Shown piece after piece: positions 26,037-37,974 of a DNA stretch of 64,000 nucleotides. The DNA is from Adineta vaga (lineage: Eukaryota > Animalia > Rotifera), in the NCBI GenBank assembly GCA_021613535.1, contig CP075495.1, positions 4,154,001-4,218,000 on the forward strand, in the 5' to 3' direction. Below the pieces are notes generated by a model. The model did not search any database. It had not been told where the DNA came from and was given only the letters and a program-made list of their open reading frames with translations. A program made the translations under genes and the position numbers. How positions within the stretch are numbered: the stretch's first letter is position 1; each line of letters starts with the position of its first letter.

Positions 26037-27547
26037 ATGGCTACATGTCTAATTGAAGACGCACGATTATCCACGATCTATTATCAAAGAGCAAATTCAA
26101 TGGAACAATCGACAACATCATTCAAACCAATTGATCAACGACGTCAAGTGAATTTTCATTTCGATTCAATTTCAATGAATGCATTAACTTTATTTAAAAA
26201 TCAAGATTTTACTAAGAAACGACAAATTCATCGAAGTAATACATATACTAGTCAGAATAATCGAACACGAATACTAACAGACAACAGCTGTATTTCACAA
26301 GCTGTTTCAACAAACACTAATGAAAGTAATTAAAAGATATATTTATTGTCGATCATCTTTTAGTTTATTTCTCCATAGATACAGTAAATCGACCGAAAAC
26401 TTTGTTTCTAAATGAACGCATTCCATTTCTTCGAACTTGTCTCAGTCATCCAGCAACATCACCAAATGATCTATTTCGAATCAATGATGATGATGATGAT
26501 GATAATGATAATGATTTATTTTCCTCGAAATTCAGTTCATTACCTATTCTTACATCTCCACCAACTAAACGTTTACGTCCACAAACTTTACAATTTACAT
26601 CAACAGAACAATCTGATCCTGTATTATCTACAACAAATTCTTTCTTATCTATTCGTTACCTTGATTCATTAGAATTAGCAATGAAATTAAAATCTAAATC
26701 TTCAATGCTTATTTTTGATTGTGGTTCACCAATTCGTTATAGTGATAATCATATTTGTAATTCTGTACTTCTTCGTGTATCAGATAAAATATCACGTAAA
26801 CGATTTAAAACTAATCCAACAAAACAATTACCAATTGATATTTCACAATTAAATGAATGTCATTCAATTATTTTTTATGATGATCATAGCAATACAAATA
26901 ATACAAATCTTTCTGTGGGAATTAAATGTGCATGTGAAGAAATTCAACGTTGTCTTACAACGAAATCTCCTTCAATTTTTATTCTGAAAAATTCCTTCGA
27001 ACATTTTTCTAATCTTTATCCAAATCTATGCAAATCTTTACAATCTTCATGTGATACTTCATCATTAATAGTACCAGACATTATTACTCCAAATATTGAT
27101 TTTTCAAATTGTCCGATGACACATATTATTGATGGATTATATATTGGAAATGAATCAAATGCGAAAAATCTCGATGAATTATCTTCTGAAAATATTCGAT
27201 ATATTGTGAATGTTACATCTCACCTACCTTTATATTATTTCGAACAATTTCATTATCATCATATTCCCGTTGATGATACACAAAAACAGAATCTATTGAA
27301 ATATTTCGATGATGCTTATCAGTTTATACATAGAGCAATAGAAAATCATGAGAAAGTTCTCGTTCATTGTGTTGCTGGAATAAGTCGATCACCGGCGATT
27401 GTTATCAGTTTTTTAATGCGTTATACTCAGATGAATTTGAATGATGCTTATGAATATGTTAAAATGAAACGTTCAATTGTTTCACCAAATTTAAATTTCA
27501 TGGGACAATTACTTCAATATGAAAAACAATTACGCGAACAAAATTGA
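26037..27547 (+). CDS. DUSP10: MAP kinase phosphatase, DUSP10/MKP5/puckered-like (rhodanese plus DSPc domains)
   Basis: Kinase-docking motif DKISRKR, IVNVTSHLPLY, active site VHCVAGISRS, SPNLNFMGQLLQYE; one intron at about 26327-26378. Confidence 0.85.
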
Positions 27548-28403
27548 GTCATTACGAAAAGAAGCAAATAGAAAAAAAGAGAAAAGTAGCAGATATTTTT
27601 TTCTTTTTCTTTTTATGGATATTGTTTATAATTTCTTTTCTTTTGTTAAAATTTCTTGTTTCAGTTCTTTCCTCTTTTTTTCTTTCTTTCTTTCTTTTCT
27701 TTTTTTATTTATTCAGAAATTCAGCGAAGAAATTAGTCGACTTCAAAATGATGATTTAGTCATGAAAAAACAATAACGCAATTCTCATTCTTCATACCGT
27801 AATACGTAATTATTCTTAGTCATATGATGTGACAATTACGTTTCAAATCTTGCAATTTTGAAAAAAAACAATTAACTCACTTTTAACGTCGTTTATTTAT
27901 CATGTGTTATGAGATTCTGAATCAGTGGACTACGAGATAAAAATACCCAAATCGTCATCTATATGATACTCGGATATGATTCATTATTTACGTATTTATG
28001 GACAAGATGAGATTGACAATGAAAAATTTGAGAAAATATGAATCATATTTGATGATATGGATGTCTTTTCAATCGAACTAAACATAACTGCAATAATCTA
28101 TTGAATTCCTTTTTGAAGAAAAGATTATTTTATTAATGATCATTTTCTTCTATCAGAAATGCAATTGAAATGACGATGTTTCCTATAAATTTTTAATTCC
28201 CATTACAATAATTGTTGAAATCGATTTATCTTTATCTGGTAATTTCTGTTTTTTGTTTCTTCAAAAATTTCAAGTCAACTTTAAACAAAAATAAAACGAG
28301 AAATTCGAACTTTTTTTTATCAAGATTTCACCGAAAGAAATATGAAGTTTGTTATACATAAGAGATCAACTCCGATTCACCCATATTGATTTTGTTATTT
28401 CTA

Positions 28404-31400
28404 TCAATTTCTATTCTGTAATACTAACACTTGACCTGCATGTGTTATATTAAAAGCAGCCGATTCTGGTATGTAAAATGGTTCACCATCCATTTGTGCT
28501 GTCATCGGACCACATGATTCAATACGTAACTGATCGCATTGTGCAATACGTATGCCACGAAATCCCATATGTATTGTAGCCATATGTGTTGTACTTAAAC
28601 CGACTACTTCAATTTTTTTATCACCAAAATCTTGTCGTTCAAAACGACTAGCTGAAGTATTCATCGTTGTTGTTGATGATGTATTAAATTGATCATTTGA
28701 ACATTCATTTAATGTAATTACTTCATAAACATCATGTGCATTTGCGGGTAAATCATTTAATTCAACTGAACCTGTTGAAATTTGTTCGAATGAATCTGAA
28801 TCTTTTTGTATGGATGTAGGAGGTGATGAACATGAATTATTCGATGATTTACCCCATGGATTTGTTCCGGATGCGTAACCAGGTATATTTAAAACAAGTA
28901 ATGTGTGACAATTTTTAATTTGTTCAGTTAGATTTTCTCCATCGCATATTAAACGTATATATGAACTTAAATTCCATAATTTTGAACGTGCAAAATCATT
29001 TAAATATTTACAACTTTCATTTAAATACATTAATTTATTTTTTAATGGTGAAGAAAATTTTCTTGGATTCCGCGTACGTCGATGATGAAATTCTAAAGCA
29101 ATAGCTGCATCTAAACCAAAACTCATATAATTTATAAAACGACTATTTGGTAATGTACGATGATTTTGATATGAGGCACGAGTTGTATCACGAATAAACT
29201 TCGGTTGTGTAATAAATGATAGAAATGTTCGTCCAATATTGTTTGAAGTCGTCGTCGTCGTCGTCGTCGTATTAGAATTAGTTGTGCTAACGGTTCAAGA
29301 GTAACTTGCCAGCGATCAAGTGCTATTGATTTTGCATGTGGGATTTGAATTAAAGTTGATAATAAACGTTTTGGATCATACTGTTCACCCCAAGATAAGA
29401 CACGAGAAAGATCATTACCTGTTCCTAATGGACAGATACAAACAGGCGGATTATTTAAAGATGGATAGATTTCAGCTAAACAACTTAATACCCAACCAAC
29501 AGTTCCATCTCCACCAAAAACACATATACGTATATTTGATAAAGATGAATAGATATCTAAAGCATCGATGATTGTTCGATCATTTTCAAGAAGAAATACT
29601 TGACGTGGATTTAGTAAATGTAATAGTTTACGATAGATTTTTTCTCCACTTTGTCCACCAGAACGTTTATTAATAAATAGAAGTAAAGGTGTATAGTTTG
29701 TTCCACGATCATTATCGTTAAAATATTGTGCACGAAAAAGTGGAGTATAACCAGGTAAACGACGTATCCATTGTGGTCGAACGATGATCTGTCTAAAATA
29801 CAAATTCAAGACGATTATTTTTACTCAATTTATTTTCATTCTTATACCTAAATACACCATAATCACATTTATTTCTATCTTCATGATTAAATATTTGTTC
29901 CCAACATCGTCGATGATAACCACGTGAACACCATAAACATTGAAGGCCACCAGTTGATCCAGATAATTTTGGACTATCTGGTATTGGACTTTTCGAATAA
30001 GTAATACCTTTCGTCATAATATCTAATGTTGGCATTGTCGATGGTCGATTATTTCCACTAAAGATTGGATTCGACATTGATTTACGTTTACAAAAAGTAC
30101 AGGGTTTAGAAAGTACGGATATATTCGACCAAAAATGTTGATCAGATTTATTTGGTTCATCATTATCATCAAAAAATGATGGACGACATGATGGCATTAA
30201 ATTCGTTTGAATTGTTGAGAGGTTCGATAAGTGATGAGTATGTACAATAAGAAAACATGATTCACATTGAACAAGTGCGAGAAGAAGTGATGGTTTAGGA
30301 TTTTTACAAGAGAAAAATGAACAGGCTGGTGATGAAGTTAGATCAGTGGGAATATATGGATACCAACAATGTGATGTTGAATATGTTCGATCTGTCCAAT
30401 CAACACCATAAGACATTGGAATGTTTGTTTCGGATAATGGAGGAAGAAGAAGAGGTGGAGGAGGAGGAAGAGGAGGAGAAGTTGATGAAGAATTTGATGA
30501 TACAGTATTACTAAAATATAAAAATGAAATTATCTTCAATTTATTCTCGATGACAATCAAATTTGAATAAAAAATGATAAATTAATACATATATTCATAG
30601 TTTATGTTCGCCTTTTCTGTCCTACTCTTCGTCCTCTTTTTCTTTCGCTTTGACAAATATTGCTTTTACATTAGAAATTCAATAATATTAATTGATCTGT
30701 CAATTTATTCTTCTCATCAAGACAACTGTTTTGTTAGTTTATTCCTCGAAGTTGACAGCCAATTTTCTTTCTATTTACTTCTAATACATATATGCATTAT
30801 ACACATCATAGAACATGTCTCAAAGAAGACAAGTAAATAGCATGTCAAACAAATATTTTTGCGATATGTATTGATTATTATTATTGTTGAAAGAAAGACA
30901 AAATTCATGGTAATGAATTTAATATTTACTTTTTCAAATCGAATATCGATCCATCTGGCATTTGATCTGGTGTAGCAGTCATATAATCGGTGGATGATGC
31001 ATAACGAAAATTTCGATCATCAATACCATCGTCGTCGTCATCATCATCGTCGTCATCTAAATCGTCATCGTCATCATCGTCATCTGAATGAGTTTTATTT
31101 GGCGGTGTTAAAAATAATGAACGATGATATTTTGAAGATAAATGTTCAATAGGTGTTGATGGTAATGATATTGATTCAGTTCGATCTAATTTCTTATTTT
31201 GTATTTCTATTATATGTTTATTTGTATCATTATCTATTCGTCGAAGATCACGTTCAAGTATTCGATGATTATTTTCATGTGGTTTTACTAAAGTATCACA
31301 ATCACGTGCTTGACTAATTAAATCGAAACTTGAATGAGCATTTATATTTCCACAGGTTGATATTGGTTTTGATGATGAAACATTTGTATCAATACATGAT

Positions 31401-31459
31401 GTATATTCAAGAAGTTTATGAGGTGAACGAGCTATCGGTGGCGATGTCGATTCGGCCAT
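28404..31459 (-). CDS. Diacylglycerol kinase (two divergent C1 domains, DAGKc, DAGKa); frameshift at about 29282
   Basis: PLLLFINKRSGGQSG, GGDGTVGWV, PLGTGNDLSR, NYMSFGLDAAIALEFH, AQMDGEP; C1-like His/Cys patterns in ORF 29793-30560. Confidence 0.88.
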
Positions 31460-32838
31460 TCGTTTTTAATCACCAAAGATAGAAACTAAAATATGCGCGG
31501 AAAACATACGAATATTTTGCTTGATCGGATGAAAAATAACAAGCCAGAACAAGAAAAAGAAAACATGTCAATGAGACAAAAAAAAGCGATCAAGATTTAT
31601 CGGAAACTCTAGGGTTGTCAGTCATTTCCCTTTCATCAATGCTTCTGGTTAGTTATACGATTATATTATTCTACTCGTCAACAGCCTGAACATCTTCATT
31701 GAATATGACAGTTATTTCTTTTCTTTCTTTTTGTCTCATTTATTTCTTCTTTTTGCTAAGGCATGATGTCTGCTATGTCATCAACATCGTTAGTTTACGT
31801 TCGTGTTGACGATCGATGAAGACGATGATATAGAACGACTGGCACATTTGTTTTTGACAAGAAAAAGACAACAATAACGTTGTCTTTTATTGTCAATCTC
31901 ATTTCCACTCCTATTGTGTGTGCGTGTGTTATATGCATATTAGGCACACAAATGAGATAAATCAATGAAGTCTATTGTCGGTTTTGTTTTTCCAATGAAT
32001 CCATCTAATCAATTTATCAGATCTGAGAAGAGTCAACGTGTAAAAAAGCTTCCTACTCTTGTTTTTTCTCTTATCTCTCTCAATTAAACAATACGTACAC
32101 TTGAGATCAATTAATTTCTAACCACAATCTTTCTTACCTGTCTTCGTTTGAGAACATTTTGGAATTTGTCTCATAAATAAACTCATAATAATTACTGCAT
32201 AAAATGTAACAATATATTCGTATAAACTAGCATGAATAAATGCCAGAAGTTTGTTGTTATTTTCTCCTTTTTGACAAACACCCAGCACCCAAACGCACAC
32301 GCAGTCAAAGCGAGAAAGAAAAAAAACCTATGTTATCAAACGGAACCCATGGATTTCTTTCTTTTTTTCTTCTTCTTCGTCTTCTTTTTCTTATTCTTTC
32401 ATTTTTGCCTCAGTGCTGGCAAGAACGAGAATGCATATACTGTGTTGTATGCGTCGACATTTATTAAAGGAAAAGAAAAAAGAAAGTAAAAGGTGCATGA
32501 ATGTTAATGGAAGTTGAATATGACAAAACATGCAAGTGGAAAAATTCATGTTTTTTTTCTCTACTAGTTATGTGTCTTGTTTTACTATTTTGTATTCGAA
32601 ATAATCAGTTAAAATTAAACTAATGAAAACACAATCGTTTCTCCTGACAAATAACCCACGTAGTTACACTTCACAACAGTGATTTTGTTGAATATATACT
32701 ATGTAAATATGTGAGGAAATAAAATATTAACAAAATATGTCATTCGAAACTCCCAAAAGGATTATTAGTCATAGATTAAATGGCGTTTATTTTATATTTT
32801 TCTTTATAATAACAAAATAGAGGAACTAGAAGAAAAAA

Positions 32839-33648
32839 TCATGAAGTTGTTGTTTGTTGTGCCATTTTCCTGAAGATCATTGCTTCGAAATCTTCTAAAT
32901 CAGGTTTTGTTAAATCAACAAGATTAGCTGATGGCTTCGTTGTTGATGTCGATGTCTTGTTTTCTTTTTGAAGTTTAACTGAAGCAAATGGTCGTTCAGG
33001 AAACCCTTTTTCACTTTCAATAAGTTTAGATATATGATTATCATTAAATTCAATTAATGCACGTTTAGGATACAAATTCACTATTGTTGTTATGGTACCG
33101 TATTTGCCAAAAATGTGTCTTAATTCATCGTCAGTATAGATTGCTGTACCAGGAGAATATTTAATAATTAGATTTCGATGATTAACTGAAAGTTTTTGTT
33201 TGTCATTTTCGATAATTTTAGAAAGATTTTCAAGTTCTTCATCAATCAAATGATTTCCTTCACGTCGCAATCGTTCAATTTCTGCATTTAATCTGTCATC
33301 AGTATATTTATCTGGTGTATATTTCGTGGTTTGTGCTGCTTTTTGTTCATTTCGTTCGAGATCTTGTTTGAATTTTTTACGTGTTTCATCCATTTTCGAT
33401 AGACGTTCTTGTTGAGCAATTTTTTGTCGTCGTGATGCATCATAAGCTTCGCGAGCTTGCTTATCAGCTAATAAATCTGATGCTCTTTTGATTAATAAAA
33501 AATGTTCTTTTTTTTCGTTATCATCAGGAAATTTATCTGGATGACATTTTAAAGCTTCCTTTCGAAATGCTTTCAATATTTCTTGATCTGTACATGTATC
33601 ACTAACACCAAATAATTGGTAAAGATCCATTTTTGTTAAATCATCCAT
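32839..33648 (-). CDS. DNAJC17: DnaJ homolog subfamily C member 17 (J domain plus degenerate RRM), intronless CDS
   Basis: J domain with HPD, RKKFKQDLERNE, EIERLRREG, ELRHIFGKYG, DLEDFEAMIFRKM. Confidence 0.88.
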   Translation of the reverse strand: MDDLTKMDLYQLFGVSDTCTDQEILKAFRKEALKCHPDKFPDDNEKKEHFLLIKRASDLLADKQAREAYDASRRQKIAQQERLSKMDETRKKFKQDLERNEQKAAQTTKYTPDKYTDDRLNAEIERLRREGNHLIDEELENLSKIIENDKQKLSVNHRNLIIKYSPGTAIYTDDELRHIFGKYGTITTIVNLYPKRALIEFNDNHISKLIESEKGFPERPFASVKLQKENKTSTSTTKPSANLVDLTKPDLEDFEAMIFRKMAQQTTTS

Positions 33649-33782
33649 GATTATATCTGAAAAAGAAAATAAATATGATTATATATGTTTGTATTTATCT
33701 TAAGAAAAAAATGGAATGATTAAATTAAAGTTTTCACGAACAAAAAAAAAGAATAGCATAGTTTTTCTTTTGGTTTTGTTTA

Positions 33783-36700
33783 TCATTCAATACCAAAACC
33801 TTCACAATTTTCAATAGCAAGAAGTAATTTCTCTTTGAGAATTTCACGGGTTGGATAAGGCGGTAATAATAATTGATTGAAACTGAAATTTAAAAAAAAA
33901 CACTGAATCGAATGAAGAAAGAAATAATATTCAGCAAAATTGATATACATACCAAGTATGTGACATAGGCAATCTAAATTAGACAATGATTGAAAATATC
34001 AACTATTTGTAAGAATGATTTTAACTTACAGTTCATTAACTTTGCATCGATTTGAAGAGACCTTGGCAATTTTAAAAGTCATTTCACTTAAACCTCCGAT
34101 TGGCATTCGATCACTACCGGTAACAAATAGTAACAAACGTCGTTGTTTCTCGGATGACATTTCTTCTACAACTTGCCAAAACCATCTGAAATAATTCATC
34201 GAAAGAGAAGATGCATTCATCAAATAGATTCAAAATCGTACTTAATGAAATTTTCGTTTGGATGACAGTTTTCATATTTAGTAATTTTCGCTAAATTACT
34301 TAAATTACATTGTTGCATTCCACAAATTAACATTTCTAATTCTTCAGGTACAAGTAGAAGAAGTGCATTCGACGAGCAAACACTATGAAAACCATAATAA
34401 AATGCTTCAAATTGTTGAGATATATGTTTATTGAGATAAAAATCAATCAATAAATCAACATATTCAATTCGATTGTCATTTGTAACATTGATTTCTGATC
34501 CATTGGTTTTCAATGAATAAACTAATGTTGCATCAAATTGTGCCACAGATACCTCAAATGTAAGTCCAAAATCTTCTTCAACATTACCATCATACTCAAG
34601 TAAATATTGAAGACTAGTAGCAATATCCTATTAGATACCAAATCAAATCAAATCAAATCAATCATTTTTACTTGAGATCATACCGGTCGAATTGTTCGAA
34701 AATCAGCCATTGTTGGTTTAATCATTCCGACTTTAATTTTCGATATATTTATCACTGGTTCATGTAAAAATGCTGGTGTTAGAAGTTTTTTATAACATGC
34801 TAATGGAAAACGTATATCAAGTATAATAGCATTATAAACTGCTAGACCCATTAAAACGCCAACTAAATTAAATTCAGGAATATTATCAGTTGATGCCCCA
34901 TTAAACCAAAATATTCCTGATGATTCGTAAAATACGAACATACCTAAAAGGAAACATTTTCAATTCAATATCTCAATGAACAGACTATTTAACTAACCAT
35001 AATCAGGTTGGAAGATTTGTCGAAGTAAAAGAAGAAACCATTCTTTTGTTAATCCGCCCATATCAAGGCCATGTTCACCAACGAATGTAACACGTAATTT
35101 TTTCTTTAAATCTGCACGTTTTTTTGTTACCTGTTGAAAATTGATAAGCAACGGACATAATCGATGATGAAAAATAATAATCAAACATACTTCAGCAAGT
35201 GAATCAGCTACTAAATGTGCTCGTCGAATATAGAGATTTAAGAAGAGCATATTTAAATTTGGTGATTGTCTACTTTGAAATTTTTCGATCATACTTCGCT
35301 AAAAATAGAGTTTAAATATTCGAATGAGGAAGACAATTTGATTGAAAAAGAAAACATACTCGTGCATTAAGAATCATTTGTTGTTCTGAATCTCGTTTTA
35401 ATATAGTTCGTTTAGCATTAACACTCAATACAAATGGATATTGACAAAATGTAAAACTAAAAGAAAGAAATAAAACAAAATTTAGTTTTCTCTATTGTTT
35501 CATTAAATAAGAAATTATATAAAACAATAAAAGCAGAAGAACTGAGAACATTTAACGATCACATTGATTTCAAGAACAAAGTATGTCTAACCCTCCTATA
35601 ATTCCATGTGATTGTCGATGTTTCCATTCGAAATAATCACGTTCTCCATCGACATTATTTAATATATCTATAGCCATTTCTTGTAAAGGTATAATACGAC
35701 CATTTTCTGTTTCATTAGCACAATCTGTTCATATTACAGACACAAAAAGAAACGTATATAGCAAAGATTTAATTCTTTTCAATGTGTCTTTATGAAATGA
35801 ATGCAAAATAGAATAGAAAAAATATTGATTCCTAACTACCCTTTCGAGTCTTTTATCCAAAGATAATATTCAAATTCAATATCGATACCATCCAGTAAAT
35901 CAATGATAAATTCATGATAATTTATCAATTTTCGATTTAATTGTTCATTAGTTACATCTTTCATTGAATGAAATGTTATTTTTGTTTTCTATTCTCATTC
36001 TCGAATTCAATGAAACTTACTAAATAATGCCAATGTTCGAATACCACATGGAATCCACCAACCATTGACTAATGGTGATGTCGAATTTTCTGAACGTGAT
36101 GGAAATACATTGATAGAAATGAATGTTTGTAATCGACGAACAGCTGATCGAAACATATTAGCAGGTATTCTAAAAGTAAACAGTAGATAAATTGAATTAT
36201 CTTATATAAAATCTTACGTTTTCAAAAGTAATATGATCTCTTGATGTTCACGATCAGCAAAATGTGCAACACGACGTAAGACATGTGCAAAAATATGATG
36301 ATTCGACGTATCATCAAAAACCGGTGTCTAGATAATTAGATTTAAAATAAAAATGACAATTGAAAATTCATACCAGAATAAGAATTGTATAACCTTTGAG
36401 AGTATTTTCACTTGCACTAAAAATTAACAGCAAAAAATAAATAACAGTTGATGTTTTATTTTCGAAAAACTATATGACGTATGTCAACATGTTCCAAAAT
36501 AAATAATGATGTTGATGAACTATATGTTGGACAAAATTGCTATGACACACAACATTTACTTTTATACTTTTTTGTTATCTTTTTGTGCTGTGTTATTATT
36601 CAACTTTATTTCATAATTTTATGCATGACGAAAGTGAAATTATCATTTACTTTCTTTTCGTTTCTATTTACTAATACAATGAAACCTACATATAGTGGAC

Positions 36701-37755
36701 ACCATCGAGACTTTTCAAAAGTGTCTACTGTAGAAGAATTCTCTGATAATATTTCTGTTTTATTGACAATTTCAGTATGAGACAAAACTTTGTAGATGAG
36801 TAGTTTTTGTTAGAGTACTTACCGAATTTCTCTTATACAACATGATGCAATTGTTTTCAAAACAAACCGAAATAATTTATCATTATTTGTAAGAATATAA
36901 TCGTGAATGATTTGAAGATATGTCCAATCGATTTGTTTTGGATTATTAACCTAAATTCAAAATATTTTTATCAAATATCACAAACTAACTTTTGTTTCAT
37001 CATACCAATGTCAATGTTTGTATCATATAATCAAAACTCATATAAAATTTCGAAAAAAATGCATTTATCAGATCACTATCAGACTTTTCTTCATCAATTA
37101 AATTTCTATCAATCATAAATTTAAAAACTCTGTTAAACTTAAGACAAATTACTTACTGGAAACTTTCACAATCATAAATCTTTAATGGCATTGTTGCTGC
37201 TAAGATCGGCAATGACGTTACCGAAGTGAGATTCTCTTTATTCATCTGTAAATAAATAGACATGTTGAATAATAATCTTGAATATTCGTGCTTACTTGTT
37301 CAGTTGTTTGTTGTTGTTGTTTATTTGCAATCGGTGGCATTTTCACATTTGAAACTGTTTGATCGTGTCCATGACGGCTCGTTACTCCGTTGTTATTAGT
37401 AATATTTGGTCGTCGTAGAATAACTCGATTAAATGTCCGATTAAAACGTGAACGAAGACTTGAACCATTTTCACTATTATCGTCTCGTGTTCTTTTCTAT
37501 AATCAGAAATAAAAGTTAAAGTAATCTATTTTCAATAGTTATACTATAGCTATAACTTACATGAAGATCTTGTCTTAATTGTTGTATATCTGGAAGATTA
37601 TTGGGTCGTATGAGAAAGTCTCCACAAAATGGACATAAAATTCTTATTCGTCCGTTACACTGTGGATCAGATTCAATATCGAGTTGACATCGATGACAAT
37701 GTGAAGTAACAGTTGGTATTAAAGCAGACGAGTTTCGACGTATTGAGCTTGCCAT
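33783..37755 (-). CDS. HECTD2: HECT E3 ubiquitin ligase, HECTD2-like, multi-exon with mutually exclusive exons
   Basis: FCQYPFVLSVNAKRTILKRDSEQQM, ADLKKKLRVTFVGEHGLDMGGLTKEWFLLL, catalytic LPMSHTCFNQLLLP (Cys codon split by an intron), GFGIE stop. Confidence 0.88.
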
Positions 37756-37974
37756 ATGAAATTTGTTTTCTTTGATAATAATGACAAGTAAGGAAGCAAT
37801 CTCTACTTTTTCTTCTCACTTTCTCTTCCATTGGTTCGCATTGATATCCAATAATAAATTTACATGATTGACAATAATTTCCTCTTCTCTTTTCTTCTTC
37901 TCTTCACGATTTTCTTATCATTCTACCTATTGATTTAACAAAAATAAGAAAAGTACCTTTATTCAATCGGACGA
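37756..37974. promoter_or_regulatory. Probable bidirectional promoter between HECTD2-like and HRD1
   Basis: 219 bp between divergent ATGs; ATTGG at about 37830 and CCAAT at about 37848. Confidence 0.45.

Noticed and set aside
29247-29270. Poly-Arg tract in the DGK ORF
   Set aside because: It is the out-of-frame reading of an (ACG)n poly-Thr tract after the frameshift.
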